Below, one piece after another: positions 50,063 through 61,548 of a stretch of DNA of 64,000 nucleotides (the first letter of the stretch is position 1; every line of letters begins with the position of its first letter). The translations under genes and the position numbers were made by a program. The notes below the pieces were generated by a model. The model ran no database searches and was not told where the DNA came from. It saw only the letters and a list, made by a program, of their open reading frames with translations. Origin of the DNA: an uncultured Alphaproteobacteria bacterium (lineage in GTDB: Bacteria; Pseudomonadota; Alphaproteobacteria; SHNJ01); contig CAZYJI010000003.1 in the NCBI GenBank assembly GCA_964647725.1, positions 70,121 to 134,120 on the forward strand. Reading direction: 5' to 3'.

Positions 50063-50860
50063 ATGACATTTCCCAAACCCGCCCTGATGGGTATTGTCAA
50101 CGTCACCCCCGACAGTTTTTATGACGGCGGGCAATTCACAAACTCTACCACTGCCATTCAACATGCCAAAAAATTGATCGCCGATGGCGCCGATATCATC
50201 GATATTGGCGGCGAATCGACCCGCCCTGGCGCCGCGCCGGTCAGCATCGATGAAGAAATAAAACGGGTTATCCCGCTTATCCAGGAACTGCACGATTGCG
50301 GTAAAATCATTTCCATCGACACGCGCCATGCCGCCGTAATGCAAGTCGCGTGCCAGGCGGGCGCCACGATGATCAACGACATCACTGCCCTGACCCATGA
50401 TCCCGCGTCTATGGATGTGGCCAAAAATTCTGGCGCGGAGATTGTGTTAATGCATATGCAGGGCACGCCGCAAACCATGCAAATCAATCCGCAATATACC
50501 GATGTGGTCGAAGAAATTTACGCCTATCTGGCGGAGCGAATGAATGCCTGCGTTCAATCCGGCATCGCCCAGGATAAAATTATCCTCGATCCCGGCATTG
50601 GGTTTGGCAAAAAACTAAGCCATAATTTAGAGTTACTGAAAAATATAAACCGGTTCCAGGATTTGGGATGCCGCATTTTAATTGGCGTGTCGCGCAAATC
50701 TTTTATCGGGAAATTGGGCGGCGACATTCCCCCATCCGATCGCCTGCCCGGCTCGCTCGCTGCCGCGATTCATGCCTCACAAAACGGCGCGCATATTTTA
50801 CGGGTGCATGATGTGGCGGAAACCAAGCAGGCTTTGACTATTGCGGGCGCGCTTATCTAG
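50063..50860 (+). CDS. folP: dihydropteroate synthase
   Basis: MGIVNVTPDSFYDGG ... DIGGESTRPGA. Confidence 0.9.
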   Translation: MTFPKPALMGIVNVTPDSFYDGGQFTNSTTAIQHAKKLIADGADIIDIGGESTRPGAAPVSIDEEIKRVIPLIQELHDCGKIISIDTRHAAVMQVACQAGATMINDITALTHDPASMDVAKNSGAEIVLMHMQGTPQTMQINPQYTDVVEEIYAYLAERMNACVQSGIAQDKIILDPGIGFGKKLSHNLELLKNINRFQDLGCRILIGVSRKSFIGKLGGDIPPSDRLPGSLAAAIHASQNGAHILRVHDVAETKQALTIAGALI

Positions 50861-51363
50861 CGGCCTTCTCTTTTGCGCCTGGCGGCGATCAACAAAGAAT
50901 TGACCATAAACCCGTTGCCTGTGGCCATCAGTCCGGTTCCAGCCGCCATACATGAATTGTACTGTATAATTTGCCCATGCGTTTTTTGCGTTTCGATATT
51001 ATTTATCGGCAGGCCTTGTGCCGCCTGCCGGTAGGCTTGAACGGCGTTATAGGTATAATTAGGAGCATAAATAACTCCCAAATTACATGCGGCAAAAATC
51101 ATATAAAAAGCGGGATTGCTGCAGGCCCTATCCATAAATCTCACCGCTCTGTTTTTGGCTTCGGAACGGTTTGGATCCAAGGGACGCGCAAGACCCCATG
51201 CAACATTGATCAAAGACCCAAGAGCAAATATGCAGGCACCAATAATCGCTATTGGGGTTTGCGCGGCAATCCCATAACAAGTATTAGCCAAACCCCAATA
51301 AATATGCGGTGCCTTAAAAAATCTTTTAACGATAGATTCACGTTTAACAACAGACTCAGTCAT
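50857..51363 (-). CDS. hypothetical membrane protein
   Basis: 168-aa ORF with hydrophobic segments and no recognised family. Overlaps the folP stop by 4 nt, in convergent orientation. Confidence 0.35.
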   Translation of the reverse strand: MTESVVKRESIVKRFFKAPHIYWGLANTCYGIAAQTPIAIIGACIFALGSLINVAWGLARPLDPNRSEAKNRAVRFMDRACSNPAFYMIFAACNLGVIYAPNYTYNAVQAYRQAAQGLPINNIETQKTHGQIIQYNSCMAAGTGLMATGNGFMVNSLLIAARRKREGR

Positions 51364-51521
51364 GCTCTCGTACCCTGTTTTATTTAGTAATTGTGCGGGC
51401 AGTATAATCCTTTAAGGATACTAATTCAAGCCCCAAAAACCGTATTATTTCGCAATAATTCGTCAATAATACCCCCTATACATCGATTGACCGCATCCCA
51501 TAAAAACCATAAGTTCTTGCC

Positions 51522-52886
51522 ATGACCCAAAGACAATATTTCGGCACGGACGGCATTCGCGGCAAGGCGAATGAGGGGTCCATGACCCCTGAAATCGCAA
51601 CGCGCGTCGCCATGGCGGCCGCGCATGTTTTATCGCATCAAAATGGCTCGCCCACGCGGCGCGGCCATAAACGCGTTTTGATTGGCAAGGATACACGCTT
51701 GTCGGGTTATTTGATTGAACCCGCCCTGACCGCTGGATTTATTTCTGCTGGCATGGACGTGTTGTTGGTTGGCCCGATGCCAACGCCAGCCATCGCCCAT
51801 TTAACCCATGCGATGCGGTGCGATTTGGGCGTGATGATTTCCGCATCTCACAATCCATTTCAAGATAACGGTATTAAATTATTCGGGCCCGATGGATATA
51901 AATTAAGCGATGCCAAGGAATTGGAAATCGAAGCCGCGATGAATTTACCGCCCGAACAATTGCGCGCCAAATCCGAGGATCTGGGCCGCGCGCAACGGTT
52001 GGATGACGCGTTGGGCCGTTATATCGAATTTGCCAAGGCGACATTTCCAAACGATCTGCGCCTGGATGGATTGCGCATCGTGGTCGATTGCGCCAATGGC
52101 GCCGCGTACAAGGCCGCGCCGACCGTATTATGGGAATTAGGCGCCGAGGTAATTACCATTGGCACTAAACCCGATGGTTTGAATATCAACAAAGATTGCG
52201 GCGCTGTTCACCCCAAAGCGATGCAAGAACAAGTGGTCACGCACAAAGCCGATATCGGCATTGCGTTGGATGGCGATGCGGACCGGTTGATCGTGGCAGA
52301 TGAATTGGGCAATGTGGTCGATGGCGATCAAATTCTGGCGATGATCGCCGAATCCTGGGCCAAGAACGGGCGCATCAAACAAAAAAGCATTGTGGCAACC
52401 GTTATGTCCAACATGGGATTGGAACATTTTTTACAAGGATTGAATTTATCCCTGGTGCGCACTAAGGTTGGCGATCGTTATGTGGTCGAAGAAATGCGCA
52501 ACAAAAATCTGAATATCGGCGGCGAACAATCGGGGCATATCGTATTGTCGGATTATGCCACCACTGGCGATGGCCTGATCGCGGCATTACAAGTACTGGC
52601 GGTATTGGTGCAATCGAAACAAAAAGCATCGCAAATTTGCCAGCGTTTTAAACCCTATCCGCAATTGCTGAAAAACGTATCAACGGCCAATTCCAATGTG
52701 CTGGATCATAAAGACGTAAAAATCGCCATTCAAACTGGCGAGCAAACATTGGGTAGTAAAGGCCGTTTATTGATCCGCAAATCCGGCACTGAACCATTGT
52801 TGCGCGTGATGGCAGAAGGTGAAAATCAAGCTATGTTGGATAAAGTCGTCGACGATATCATCGCCGCCATTAAAAAAGCGAGTTAA
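51522..52886 (+). CDS. glmM: phosphoglucosamine mutase
   Basis: YFGTDGIRG ... SASHNP. Confidence 0.9.
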   Translation: MTQRQYFGTDGIRGKANEGSMTPEIATRVAMAAAHVLSHQNGSPTRRGHKRVLIGKDTRLSGYLIEPALTAGFISAGMDVLLVGPMPTPAIAHLTHAMRCDLGVMISASHNPFQDNGIKLFGPDGYKLSDAKELEIEAAMNLPPEQLRAKSEDLGRAQRLDDALGRYIEFAKATFPNDLRLDGLRIVVDCANGAAYKAAPTVLWELGAEVITIGTKPDGLNINKDCGAVHPKAMQEQVVTHKADIGIALDGDADRLIVADELGNVVDGDQILAMIAESWAKNGRIKQKSIVATVMSNMGLEHFLQGLNLSLVRTKVGDRYVVEEMRNKNLNIGGEQSGHIVLSDYATTGDGLIAALQVLAVLVQSKQKASQICQRFKPYPQLLKNVSTANSNVLDHKDVKIAIQTGEQTLGSKGRLLIRKSGTEPLLRVMAEGENQAMLDKVVDDIIAAIKKAS

Positions 52887-52889
52887 TCC

Positions 52890-53726
52890 ATGCAAGGCCG
52901 CGTCCTTATCATCGCCGGATCCGACAGCAGCGGTGGCGCCGGGATTCAAGCCGATATTAAAACCGTAACCGCCCTTGGCGGATATGCGATGACCGCCATC
53001 ACTGCCCTGACCGCGCAAAATACGTTGGGTGTTACCGGTATTCATCCCGTTCCAGCCGATTTTCTACGTGCACAGATTGATGCATGCATCAACGATATTG
53101 GCGTCGATGCGATTAAAACCGGCATGTTGGCAACCGAAGAAAATGTTGCGGTAATTAATGATGCAATCGAAGATTATCCGGAATACGTACCATTGATATT
53201 GGATCCCGTTATGCTGTCGAAAAGCAAGGCGCTTTTAATCGACCCGGCCGCCATTAAACGCATGCAAAAGGATTTGTTTCCTCGCACCGCGGTTTTAACC
53301 CCTAATATTCCTGAAGCCGAATTACTAACCGGCATGACCATTAAAACGCTGGAAGATATGAAAGAAGCGGCGTTCCGCCTACTAGACCAGGGCCCCATTA
53401 CCGTTTTCATCAAAGGCGGGCATTTGGAAAGTACCGGCAGTGAAGTTGTTAATTTGGACGTTATTGACCGGGAACATATTATAGAATACCGCACCCCGCG
53501 CATCGACAGCCGGCATACCCATGGCACAGGTTGTACATTAGCATCAGCAATCGCAACTGGATTTGCACAAGATCTGTCGCCAACTGAATCATTACAGCGT
53601 GCACAGGATTATGTATTAGAAGCCATTAAAACCGCGCCAGGATTTGGTCAAGGCAATGGGCCGTTGAATCACGCCTGGACGGTTCCGGAAGAAATTAAAA
53701 ATCCAGGCAAGAAATCAGCGGCTTAA
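52890..53726 (+). CDS. thiD: hydroxymethylpyrimidine/phosphomethylpyrimidine kinase
   Basis: VLIIAGSDSSGGAGIQADIKT. Confidence 0.85.
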   Translation: MQGRVLIIAGSDSSGGAGIQADIKTVTALGGYAMTAITALTAQNTLGVTGIHPVPADFLRAQIDACINDIGVDAIKTGMLATEENVAVINDAIEDYPEYVPLILDPVMLSKSKALLIDPAAIKRMQKDLFPRTAVLTPNIPEAELLTGMTIKTLEDMKEAAFRLLDQGPITVFIKGGHLESTGSEVVNLDVIDREHIIEYRTPRIDSRHTHGTGCTLASAIATGFAQDLSPTESLQRAQDYVLEAIKTAPGFGQGNGPLNHAWTVPEEIKNPGKKSAA

Positions 53727-54313
53727 TTCGCGCGCTGCGCAGTTATATTCAAATGCACTTTAATGGCATTGCCGATCATTTTATCATCGGCCCATTGTCC
53801 TTCGCCAACTTTAAAATCGCTGCGATTGATCGTGAAATCGGCCTGCATGACCGCTTTGATGGATTTGGTGGATTCATTCACCATCCATTCGGTAAAATGA
53901 AAATCGAATCCGAACGGTTTGGCAACGCCTTTGATCGTCAATATGCCATCGGCACGATAAGATTGCTCGCCGGTTTTGGTAATTTTCTGGGATGTAAAAA
54001 CCGCCTCCGGATAGGATGGACTATTAAACCAAGGCTCCATCTGCACCGTCGCATCGCGTTCTTCGTAATTGGTTTGGATCGACGCGATCGGAATTCTTAC
54101 CGCAATCATGCTGGCGTTTAGATACTCTGGATAGAAAATGATATTGGGATAAAACTGGGCAAAAGATCCTTCGATCGGCTCGCCATTGTAACTAGCGGTA
54201 AAGCCAATTTTACTTTTGGTTTTATCCACTTCCCATTTTTGCCCAACCGGCGCAACGCCGCACAGCATGACCATAGCGACCAGAGTGAATAATAAACGCA
54301 ATAGTTTTTTCAT
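53723..54313 (-). CDS. YceI-family periplasmic protein
   Basis: YceI fold motifs. Paired with cytochrome b561 as in E. coli yceJ-yceI. Confidence 0.8.
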   Translation of the reverse strand: MKKLLRLLFTLVAMVMLCGVAPVGQKWEVDKTKSKIGFTASYNGEPIEGSFAQFYPNIIFYPEYLNASMIAVRIPIASIQTNYEERDATVQMEPWFNSPSYPEAVFTSQKITKTGEQSYRADGILTIKGVAKPFGFDFHFTEWMVNESTKSIKAVMQADFTINRSDFKVGEGQWADDKMIGNAIKVHLNITAQRAN

Positions 54314-54846
54314 TAGAACCACATCCGGCGCAATACATTATCTTTGCGAATAAAATGATGATACAACGCCGCGCCGGCATGCGCGCAGGCGAGTAAAATT
54401 ACCGTCAGCGCGAAATACCAATGAAAGTCTTTGACTTGTTGCACCATGGTTTTATCGGGCGCGGTCAAATGCGGCAAAGTGAATAATCCAAAAACCGATA
54501 CAGGGAACCCGGCAAAAGAAGACATCGCCCAACCGCTTAGCGGGATTAAAAACGCCAACGCATACAGGGCATAATGCACCGTGGTCGCGGTACCGGTTTC
54601 CAATTTACTCAATCCCGCTTCGTTTTCCGGCACCGGATTCGACAAGCGCCAGATCAAACGAACAATCACCAACCCAAGCACCAGAATGCCAAATGATTTA
54701 TGTAGCCCGTAAATCTTCAATTTGTCCGGCGACATTTCCAAATCCGCCATATACACGCCCATCCCAAACAGCCCGATGATCAAAACGGCCATCAGCCAGT
54801 GTAAAACCTTGCTGGGCAAGCCATACGATGTTGCAGAATTGCGCAT
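54313..54846 (-). CDS. cytochrome b561 family protein
   Basis: Four TM helices with conserved His (HWLMAV ... HKSFG). Confidence 0.8.
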   Translation of the reverse strand: MRNSATSYGLPSKVLHWLMAVLIIGLFGMGVYMADLEMSPDKLKIYGLHKSFGILVLGLVIVRLIWRLSNPVPENEAGLSKLETGTATTVHYALYALAFLIPLSGWAMSSFAGFPVSVFGLFTLPHLTAPDKTMVQQVKDFHWYFALTVILLACAHAGAALYHHFIRKDNVLRRMWF

Positions 54847-55054
54847 TTGGACACTCCTTCACGAAAAAGACAGAGGATTTTTATATGCATTGCACTATAG
54901 ATCAAAAGCCCCATGGTACTTGAATAATTAGCGTATCTTCCGCCATTTTCCAAGGGGCGGTTCATCAAAGCTTCATAAATATTTCACTGACTTTTAAAAT
55001 AACTTTTGTTAACTGAAACAAAGATATAACACAAATTCGATCAGGGAGTCCCCA

Positions 55055-55627
55055 ATGTCCAAATTACATTATTTACCGCAAAATAACGATCCACCCAATC
55101 ACTATGGCCTGCACCCCGCCATTGTTAATTGTTCCCACCATTCTTTACGAGAAATATCCAGGCCAATAAATCTTAACAACCGATCCGAAGCCGAGCAAGT
55201 TTGGCAAAAGATGGAAGCTATTATGGAAGATCTGCGCAACGTGCATGATTTCCGCAATTCGCTTGGGCTTTCCGCCTCTCAAATTGGCATTCCCTTGCGC
55301 ATGTGCATAATCTGGACGCCGCAACGCGGATATATTCATATGGCCAACCCCGAAATTTTGGAGGCCAGCGCGCAAGTGGCCAGCGAATATGAAGGCTGTT
55401 TAAGTTTCTTTGACGTACGCGGTCGTGTTTCCCGTCCCTATGGAATTTTAGCGCGGTATTTGCAACGCGACTTCACCATCAAGGAACAGGCATTTACATC
55501 TTGGTCAGCACGAATCATTCAGCATGAAATCGATCATATGAATGGGATTTTATATACCGATCGCATGCAAGCCGGTGAAAAACCGATCGCGTATGAAGAT
55601 TATTTGATCCTGAAAATGGCGGGATAG
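55055..55627 (+). CDS. def: peptide deformylase (N-terminally extended)
   Basis: GLSASQIG, EGCLSF and QHEIDH motifs. About 25 extra N-terminal residues; no fmt adjacent. Confidence 0.8.
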   Translation: MSKLHYLPQNNDPPNHYGLHPAIVNCSHHSLREISRPINLNNRSEAEQVWQKMEAIMEDLRNVHDFRNSLGLSASQIGIPLRMCIIWTPQRGYIHMANPEILEASAQVASEYEGCLSFFDVRGRVSRPYGILARYLQRDFTIKEQAFTSWSARIIQHEIDHMNGILYTDRMQAGEKPIAYEDYLILKMAG

Positions 55628-55630
55628 AAC

Positions 55631-56437
55631 TTAGCAATATTGCCGGATCAATTGCCGGTGATATTGCAAGGAACCGGGCGGCATTAATTCTGGCGCGGGC
55701 TCTATGATTGCCTTCTCACCGGCTCTGTTGATCATTACTATTTTACCATTTTTATATATGGCCGCCATGCTTGGCGAGGCTGGATCGGCCTTTGCTTCCT
55801 CGGATTCTGGTAACTGCCAATAATACATTGTATGCGATTCCTGGCCATCCTTATACACCGTAACCATAAAATTAGGCAGTGTTGTGGCCGCCATAAATTC
55901 ATCCGGGTTTTTAGAAAAAGGTTCCAGCGCCTGCCGCAAACTTACAGAATTATTTTCTTTAGTATATACGGCTTCCGCATATTCTTCTGGCCGAAGATGA
56001 AAAATTGCTTTTAACGCCCGGCCTTTTCCGCCCTCGCCTGATTCCAAAACCTGCTGATGCGTAATTTCGATTTCAATCAACCCCAAATCCGGACGGGAAC
56101 GCACTTGAATACTGCCTTGTTCATCCGGGAAAATTTCCGCAGGGTATTTAAGGCGCGATTCTTCCCAAGTGTGAATTTCTTCGGCAAAGGCTTGCGGGTT
56201 ATCGATGCAATTTCCAGTCAAGCCTGACATGATAGGGCCTTCTACGATGATGGGCGAAGACACGGGTTGTAATGGCGCGGTATGTCCCGGTAATGTTGTG
56301 GACGTAGATTCAGGAATAATAATGGGGTTAGAAGACGGCGGCGTATAAGAACGTGTGTGATGCCAAACTGCAAACAGGCCGATGGCGGCGGGAACGCTTA
56401 GAAAGCTTATTGCGGCAACAACACGAGGGCGGCGCAT
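55631..56437 (-). CDS. hypothetical membrane-anchored protein
   Basis: N-terminal TM segment then a Pro/Ser-rich linker; no recognised family. Confidence 0.4.
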   Translation of the reverse strand: MRRPRVVAAISFLSVPAAIGLFAVWHHTRSYTPPSSNPIIIPESTSTTLPGHTAPLQPVSSPIIVEGPIMSGLTGNCIDNPQAFAEEIHTWEESRLKYPAEIFPDEQGSIQVRSRPDLGLIEIEITHQQVLESGEGGKGRALKAIFHLRPEEYAEAVYTKENNSVSLRQALEPFSKNPDEFMAATTLPNFMVTVYKDGQESHTMYYWQLPESEEAKADPASPSMAAIYKNGKIVMINRAGEKAIIEPAPELMPPGSLQYHRQLIRQYC

Positions 56438-56464
56438 AATGAACTTTCGCTATATGATAGAATT

Positions 56465-56539
56465 TGGTGGCGGAGAGTGGGATTGAACCACCGACCAACG
56501 GCTTATGAGTCCGCTGCTCTACCACTGAGCTACCCCGCC
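56465..56539 (-). tRNA. tRNA with anticodon CAU (elongator Met or lysidine-modified Ile2)
   Basis: The reverse complement folds as a cloverleaf: GGCGGGG acceptor, GCTC/GAGC D-stem, CUCAUAA anticodon loop, GGTGG/CCACT T-stem, and an encoded CCA. G27-U43 pairing; one A-G mismatch at 31-39. Confidence 0.8.
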
Positions 56540-56575
56540 ACATCGGATATTATTTAACGGCCAAATCGGATTTCG

Positions 56576-57760
56576 TCAAGCTTTTGCTTGAGCCGAAGAA
56601 CCTGGTTTTGGCGAATTTTGCGCTATTTTGCAATCACTTATGCCATTATCGCGCCGGATCCATCCGCCACCCAGCATATGGGAACCACGATAAAATACAC
56701 ATGCCTGACCCGGCGCGATGCCAAGGCGTGGTTCGTCCAATACCACTTCGACCATGTTATTCTCGCGCGGATATAATGTCGCGCCTTGCAATGGTTGCAT
56801 AGACCGCATTTTGACCAAAACTTTTTCGCCATCCGCCATCGGCGTTGTGCCCAGCCAGTTGATTTCAGCGACCATAAACTGGTCCCTGCCCAACGCTTCG
56901 CGCGGACCGACCACAACTTGCTTGGCTTCTGGATTTAAGCGAATCACATATAACGCATCGCCGTCACTGTCTTTGCGACCACCAATACCGATGCCTTTGC
57001 GCTGGCCGACCGTGTAATGCAAAATTCCTTCGTGACGACCCAGCACATTGCCCGACAGATCGACGATATCGCCGGGATCGGCCGCATCGGGACGCAGTTT
57101 CATCACGACACTGGCGTAATCGCCGTTCGGGACGAAGCAAATATCCTGGCTGTCTGGTTTATCGGCGACTGCCAATCCCATGCGCCCGGCCATGGCGCGG
57201 GTTTCGTCCTTGGATAGATCGCCAAGCGGAAAGCGCAAGAAATCCAATTGATCTTGCAAGGTCGTATATAAAAAATAACTTTGATCGCGATTCATATCCG
57301 CGCCTGCATGCATTTCCGCGCCATTCGTACCCATCACGCGGCGCACATAATGCCCGGTTGCCAAACAATCCGCGCCCAATTCCCGCGCGGCCTTGACTAA
57401 ATCGCGAAATTTCACGGTTTGATTGCATTTAATGCATGGTACCGGCGTTTCACCGCGCAAATAACTGTCGGCGAAATCGTCGATCACGTCTTGTTTGAAA
57501 CGGGATTCATAATCGAGCACATAATGCGCGATGCCCAATTTATCCGCGACCATCTTGGCATCATAAATATCCTGGCCGGCGCAGCACGCACCCTTTTTCC
57601 CAACCGCCAGACCGTAATCGTATAATTGCAAGGTAATACCGATGACTTTGTACCCTTGCTCATGCAATAACCCAGCCACAACAGACGAATCCACGCCGCC
57701 CGACATCGCCACAACGACCAGCGTATCTTTTGGTTCTTTGTTAATGCCAAGCGAGTTCAT
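56576..57760 (-). CDS. mnmA: tRNA-specific 2-thiouridylase
   Basis: PP-loop MSGGVDSSV. Confidence 0.9.
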   Translation of the reverse strand: MNSLGINKEPKDTLVVVAMSGGVDSSVVAGLLHEQGYKVIGITLQLYDYGLAVGKKGACCAGQDIYDAKMVADKLGIAHYVLDYESRFKQDVIDDFADSYLRGETPVPCIKCNQTVKFRDLVKAARELGADCLATGHYVRRVMGTNGAEMHAGADMNRDQSYFLYTTLQDQLDFLRFPLGDLSKDETRAMAGRMGLAVADKPDSQDICFVPNGDYASVVMKLRPDAADPGDIVDLSGNVLGRHEGILHYTVGQRKGIGIGGRKDSDGDALYVIRLNPEAKQVVVGPREALGRDQFMVAEINWLGTTPMADGEKVLVKMRSMQPLQGATLYPRENNMVEVVLDEPRLGIAPGQACVFYRGSHMLGGGWIRRDNGISDCKIAQNSPKPGSSAQAKA

Positions 57761-57772
57761 ATTACTTTCACG

Positions 57773-57979
57773 TTAATCGCGTTCATCCAGCCATGTCATT
57801 TGAATGGCTTCTAAAATCTTTTCATTCGATTTATTCGGATCATCCGCAAAATCCGGCAATTCGCGCACCCATTTGTGCAAATCGGTAAAACGGATTTGCA
57901 TAATATCGACATCCGGATATTTTTCTTCCAGAGCAAAGACAATATCGCGCGTATCGGTCCAGCGGAGCGGTTTAGCCAT
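57773..57979 (-). CDS. iscX: Fe-S assembly protein IscX
   Basis: RWTDTRDIVFALEEKYPDVD ... SNEKILEAIQMTWLDE. Confidence 0.75.
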   Translation of the reverse strand: MAKPLRWTDTRDIVFALEEKYPDVDIMQIRFTDLHKWVRELPDFADDPNKSNEKILEAIQMTWLDERD

Positions 57980-57980
57980 T

Positions 57981-58325
57981 TTAGCTGGCCTTTTTATCTA
58001 CCTGCATATTGCGCGTCGCGGCGTGCAATGTGACGGTCAGACCATCTAACTCATCTTTCATGATGATTTGGCACCCAAGGCGGGAAGTATGCGTTAAGCC
58101 GAACGCCAAATCCAACATATCTTCTTCCTCTTCGGTCGCGGGTTCCAAACGTTCATAATCTTGCTGCGCAACAACACAATGGCAGGTCGAGCAAGCGAGC
58201 GAACCTTCGCACGCACCTTCCAAATCCACACCGTTGCGGTGCGCGATTTCAAGGACGGATAATCCGTTCGGCGCCTCGACTTCTTTGCGCGTTCCCGATT
58301 GATCGATAAAAATCATTTTTGGCAT
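57981..58325 (-). CDS. fdx: [2Fe-2S] ferredoxin of the ISC system
   Basis: [12 protein letters not shown] ... LGCQ. Confidence 0.85.
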   Translation of the reverse strand: MPKMIFIDQSGTRKEVEAPNGLSVLEIAHRNGVDLEGACEGSLACSTCHCVVAQQDYERLEPATEEEEDMLDLAFGLTHTSRLGCQIIMKDELDGLTVTLHAATRNMQVDKKAS

Positions 58326-58348
58326 TATTTTTTCTCCATCTTTCTTAC

Positions 58349-60181
58349 TTAAGTTCCTAATTTCACATCGCCGATTTTCCGCCCCTCTAAATTCTGCGCG
58401 ATAGCGCGGTCGAGCCGCAATTGCGCGAAGGGTAAAAATTCATGTTCCAAAGCCTCTGCCGCGGCGGCGATTTTCTCGCGGCTGCCACCCAGCAATAAAT
58501 CCGCCAATGTTTTAGCAGATTCCGTCAATTTTGCATACTCCGCAGCGGAGAGCATATTTCCATCCAATTTTAACGCTTCCTGGATGGTGGAAATCAATCT
58601 TTCCGCTTCGATCCGCGCCTCTGCCAATAGGCGTTTTTGCATGTCTTCTGCCCCATGGATCATCGAATCGCGTAGCATTTGCGCCATTTCATCTTCGGTG
58701 ATGCCATAGGTCGGTTTAACCTCGATCCGCTGGGAAATACTAGTGGTTTTTTCAGACGCGCTGACGGTCAAAAGCCCGTCGGCATCGACGGTAAAGGTAA
58801 CCAAAATTCGGGCAACACCCGCGGTCATCGGCGGAATACCTTGTAATTCAAATTTGGCCAGCGACCGGCAATCGGATGCGGCTTCTCGTTCACCTTGCAA
58901 AACATGAATCGCCATCGCACCCTGGCCGTCTTGGTACGTTGTAAATTCTTGCGCCTTGGCGCATGGAATGGCCGTATTGCGATCAATAACTTTCGAAACC
59001 AATCCGCCATAAGTTTCAACGCCCAGCGATAATGGCAAAACATCCAGCAATAAATGATCGCTGCCTGCCGTTAAGGCTTCGGCCTGAATCGCCGCGCCTG
59101 CCGCCACCACCGTATCGGGATCTAAATTGGATAACGGCGCCTTGCCGAAAAATTCCTGCAATTTCTGACGTACTAATGGCACGCGCGTCGATCCGCCGAC
59201 CAGAACAATATCTTTAATATCGGTTTTTTCGAATTGCGCGTCGAGCAATACGCGCGCGAATATATTCAATGTGCGGGCGATCAATTTTTCCGCAAGTTTT
59301 TCAAATTCCGCGCGGGACAATTGTAAATTCTCGCCAGTCCAAGAATCTTTTGCGGTTAAAGATTCTTTCGCTTGCCGTGCCAACATCAATATATTTTGCA
59401 AATTGTCGCCGGTCAGTTTGATTTGATTCTGCGCGGCCCAAAATTCTACAATCGCCTTGTCGAAATCATCGCCGCCCAGCGCGGTATCGCCGCCGGTTGC
59501 AATCACGCGGAATACGCCGCGTTCCAATTTCAAAATCGATACATCGAACGTGCCGCCACCCAAATCGTAAATTGCATACACACCTTCGGACGCGTTTTCC
59601 AATCCATACGCAACCGCCGCCGCGGTCGGTTCATTCAAAAGACGCAAAACCTCAATCCCCGCAAGCCGCGCGGCATCGCGCGTTGCGGTGCGGGCGGCAT
59701 CGTCGAAATAAGCGGGCACGGTGATAACCGCGCGGTCGACTTTTTTATTCAATGCTTGTTCTGCTTGGGCCTTAGCCAATTTTAGAATTTCTGCCGAAAT
59801 CTGAATCGGGGTTAGTGTGTGCCCCGCTATATTCAGCCGAATAATACCGGTTTGGGCGCGGTCGATGGGATAGGCTTCGATTCCCTGCACCGCCGCAATT
59901 TGATTGGCGCTTTTGCCCATCAGGCGTTTGATCGAGCGGATTGCGGATGCTGATTTCGCCGCCGCAACGCCAACGCCGGAAACGCCGTCTTTATCATATG
60001 CAACTACCGATGGAATCAATGCCTCGCCCGCCGCATTATGGATAATTTCCACCGCGCCGCCGTGCGAAAAACCGACGACCGTATTGGTCGTGCCTAAATC
60101 GATGCCAATCGCTACACCTTGCTCATTAGCATGCGGCGCAGGGGTTTGGCCGGGTTCATGGATTTGCAGCAAATGAATCAT
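58349..60181 (-). CDS. hscA: Fe-S cluster chaperone HscA
   Basis: Hsp70 fold; [10 protein letters not shown]. Confidence 0.9.
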   Translation of the reverse strand: MIHLLQIHEPGQTPAPHANEQGVAIGIDLGTTNTVVGFSHGGAVEIIHNAAGEALIPSVVAYDKDGVSGVGVAAAKSASAIRSIKRLMGKSANQIAAVQGIEAYPIDRAQTGIIRLNIAGHTLTPIQISAEILKLAKAQAEQALNKKVDRAVITVPAYFDDAARTATRDAARLAGIEVLRLLNEPTAAAVAYGLENASEGVYAIYDLGGGTFDVSILKLERGVFRVIATGGDTALGGDDFDKAIVEFWAAQNQIKLTGDNLQNILMLARQAKESLTAKDSWTGENLQLSRAEFEKLAEKLIARTLNIFARVLLDAQFEKTDIKDIVLVGGSTRVPLVRQKLQEFFGKAPLSNLDPDTVVAAGAAIQAEALTAGSDHLLLDVLPLSLGVETYGGLVSKVIDRNTAIPCAKAQEFTTYQDGQGAMAIHVLQGEREAASDCRSLAKFELQGIPPMTAGVARILVTFTVDADGLLTVSASEKTTSISQRIEVKPTYGITEDEMAQMLRDSMIHGAEDMQKRLLAEARIEAERLISTIQEALKLDGNMLSAAEYAKLTESAKTLADLLLGGSREKIAAAAEALEHEFLPFAQLRLDRAIAQNLEGRKIGDVKLGT

Positions 60182-60705
60182 GCCGCACCTTCCAATAAAT
60201 TGGATTGTTTTTGCCGGATTTCGACCAGCATTTTTTGCAAATATTGTTGACGCAATATCATCGATTTGACGGCATCAAAATTATTTTTCTGCAACTCGCC
60301 GGATAATATTTTATAATTCGCTTCGATTTCCGCACTTAATGTTTTAACCAGTTTCTGCAAATCGACCGCATTGGTAATATCGGCCAGTTCTTCACGCCGC
60401 TGCATCATTTCCATCAACAAATCTTGATCGAAAATGGTTTGTTCTTTTTGAAGATCGAATTCCACACCCGACAGGCGCAGCAAATATCCCGCCCGCTGCA
60501 ACGGATTTTTCAAGGTTTGATAGGCGGTATTCACATCCACCGCGCGGCCTTGGGCGGATAGTTTTTCCTGACCGGATTTTGATGCAAATTTATCGGGGTG
60601 TAATTGGCGTTGCAGTTCAATGTAACGCGACTCCAGTTGCGCCATATCGATATCGAACTGGCGCGGCAGACTGAATAAGGCAAAGAAATCGCTGTTTTCT
60701 GTCAT
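60178..60705 (-). CDS. hscB: co-chaperone HscB
   Basis: J-domain with HPD and a C-terminal helical domain. Confidence 0.8.
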   Translation of the reverse strand: MTENSDFFALFSLPRQFDIDMAQLESRYIELQRQLHPDKFASKSGQEKLSAQGRAVDVNTAYQTLKNPLQRAGYLLRLSGVEFDLQKEQTIFDQDLLMEMMQRREELADITNAVDLQKLVKTLSAEIEANYKILSGELQKNNFDAVKSMILRQQYLQKMLVEIRQKQSNLLEGAA

Positions 60706-60721
60706 GACACACCCCGCCTAT

Positions 60722-61051
60722 TTAGACGTGGAAAGATTCGCCGCAACCGCAACGGCCTTTTTCATTGGGGTTGGTGAATTTGAAACCGGATTGCAATTTA
60801 TCTTCGACATAATCCATCACGGTGCCGAGCAAAAACAAGGTCGCTTTCGGATCGATCAAAACCGTCACACCTTTATCCTCCACAACCTCATCCATCGGAT
60901 CGCGCGCATCGGCATATTCCAGAGTATAGGTCATGCCCGAACAGCCGCGCGCCTTCACGCCAATGCGAATACCGGCCGATGGCTTGCCGCGCGCATCCAA
61001 TAATTTGCGCACGCGTTCGGCGGCCGCATCGGTGATTTGCAGCGCCGGCAT
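60722..61051 (-). CDS. iscA: iron-sulfur cluster assembly protein IscA
   Basis: GCSGMTY ... CGCGESF. Start trimmed to MPALQI. Confidence 0.85.
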   Translation of the reverse strand: MPALQITDAAAERVRKLLDARGKPSAGIRIGVKARGCSGMTYTLEYADARDPMDEVVEDKGVTVLIDPKATLFLLGTVMDYVEDKLQSGFKFTNPNEKGRCGCGESFHV

Positions 61052-61132
61052 TTTCGGCCGCGCAGCGCGGGTTTTCACGGCCGCTTGCGGTGCGGCAGGA
61101 AGTTCCTTGGCTTCGGTCGTGCAATCGGTCAT

Positions 61133-61528
61133 TTACGCGGCGTCCTGTTTATCGTTTTTCGCTTTGTAATCGTTGATTGCGGCCTTAATTGCGTCTTCGG
61201 CCAGAATCGAACAGTGAATTTTCACTGGCGGCAAGGCCAAATGCTGCGCAATTTCGGTATTTTTGATTTGCGCGGCATCATCGATGCTTTTGCCTTTGAT
61301 CCATTCGGTCGCCAGCGAAGACGATGCAATCGCCGAACCGCAGCCGAATGTTTTGAATTTTGCGTCTTCGATGATCCCCGCATCATTTACTCTGATTTGC
61401 AGTTTCATCACGTCACCGCAAGCCGGCGCGCCGACCAAACCAGTGCCGACATTTTTATCGTTCTTATCCAAGGAACCGATATTCCGTGGATTTTCGTAAT
61501 GTTCGATCAATTTTTCGCTATATGCCAT
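61133..61528 (-). CDS. iscU: Fe-S scaffold protein IscU
   Basis: GAPACGDVMKLQ ... LPPVKIHCS. Confidence 0.95.
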   Translation of the reverse strand: MAYSEKLIEHYENPRNIGSLDKNDKNVGTGLVGAPACGDVMKLQIRVNDAGIIEDAKFKTFGCGSAIASSSLATEWIKGKSIDDAAQIKNTEIAQHLALPPVKIHCSILAEDAIKAAINDYKAKNDKQDAA

Positions 61529-61548
61529 GTTGATTCTCCTTTAGAAAA

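Noticed and set aside
56328-56543. 71-aa minus-strand ORF
   Set aside because: Overlaps the tRNA-CAU gene; its translation is an artefact of the tRNA sequence.
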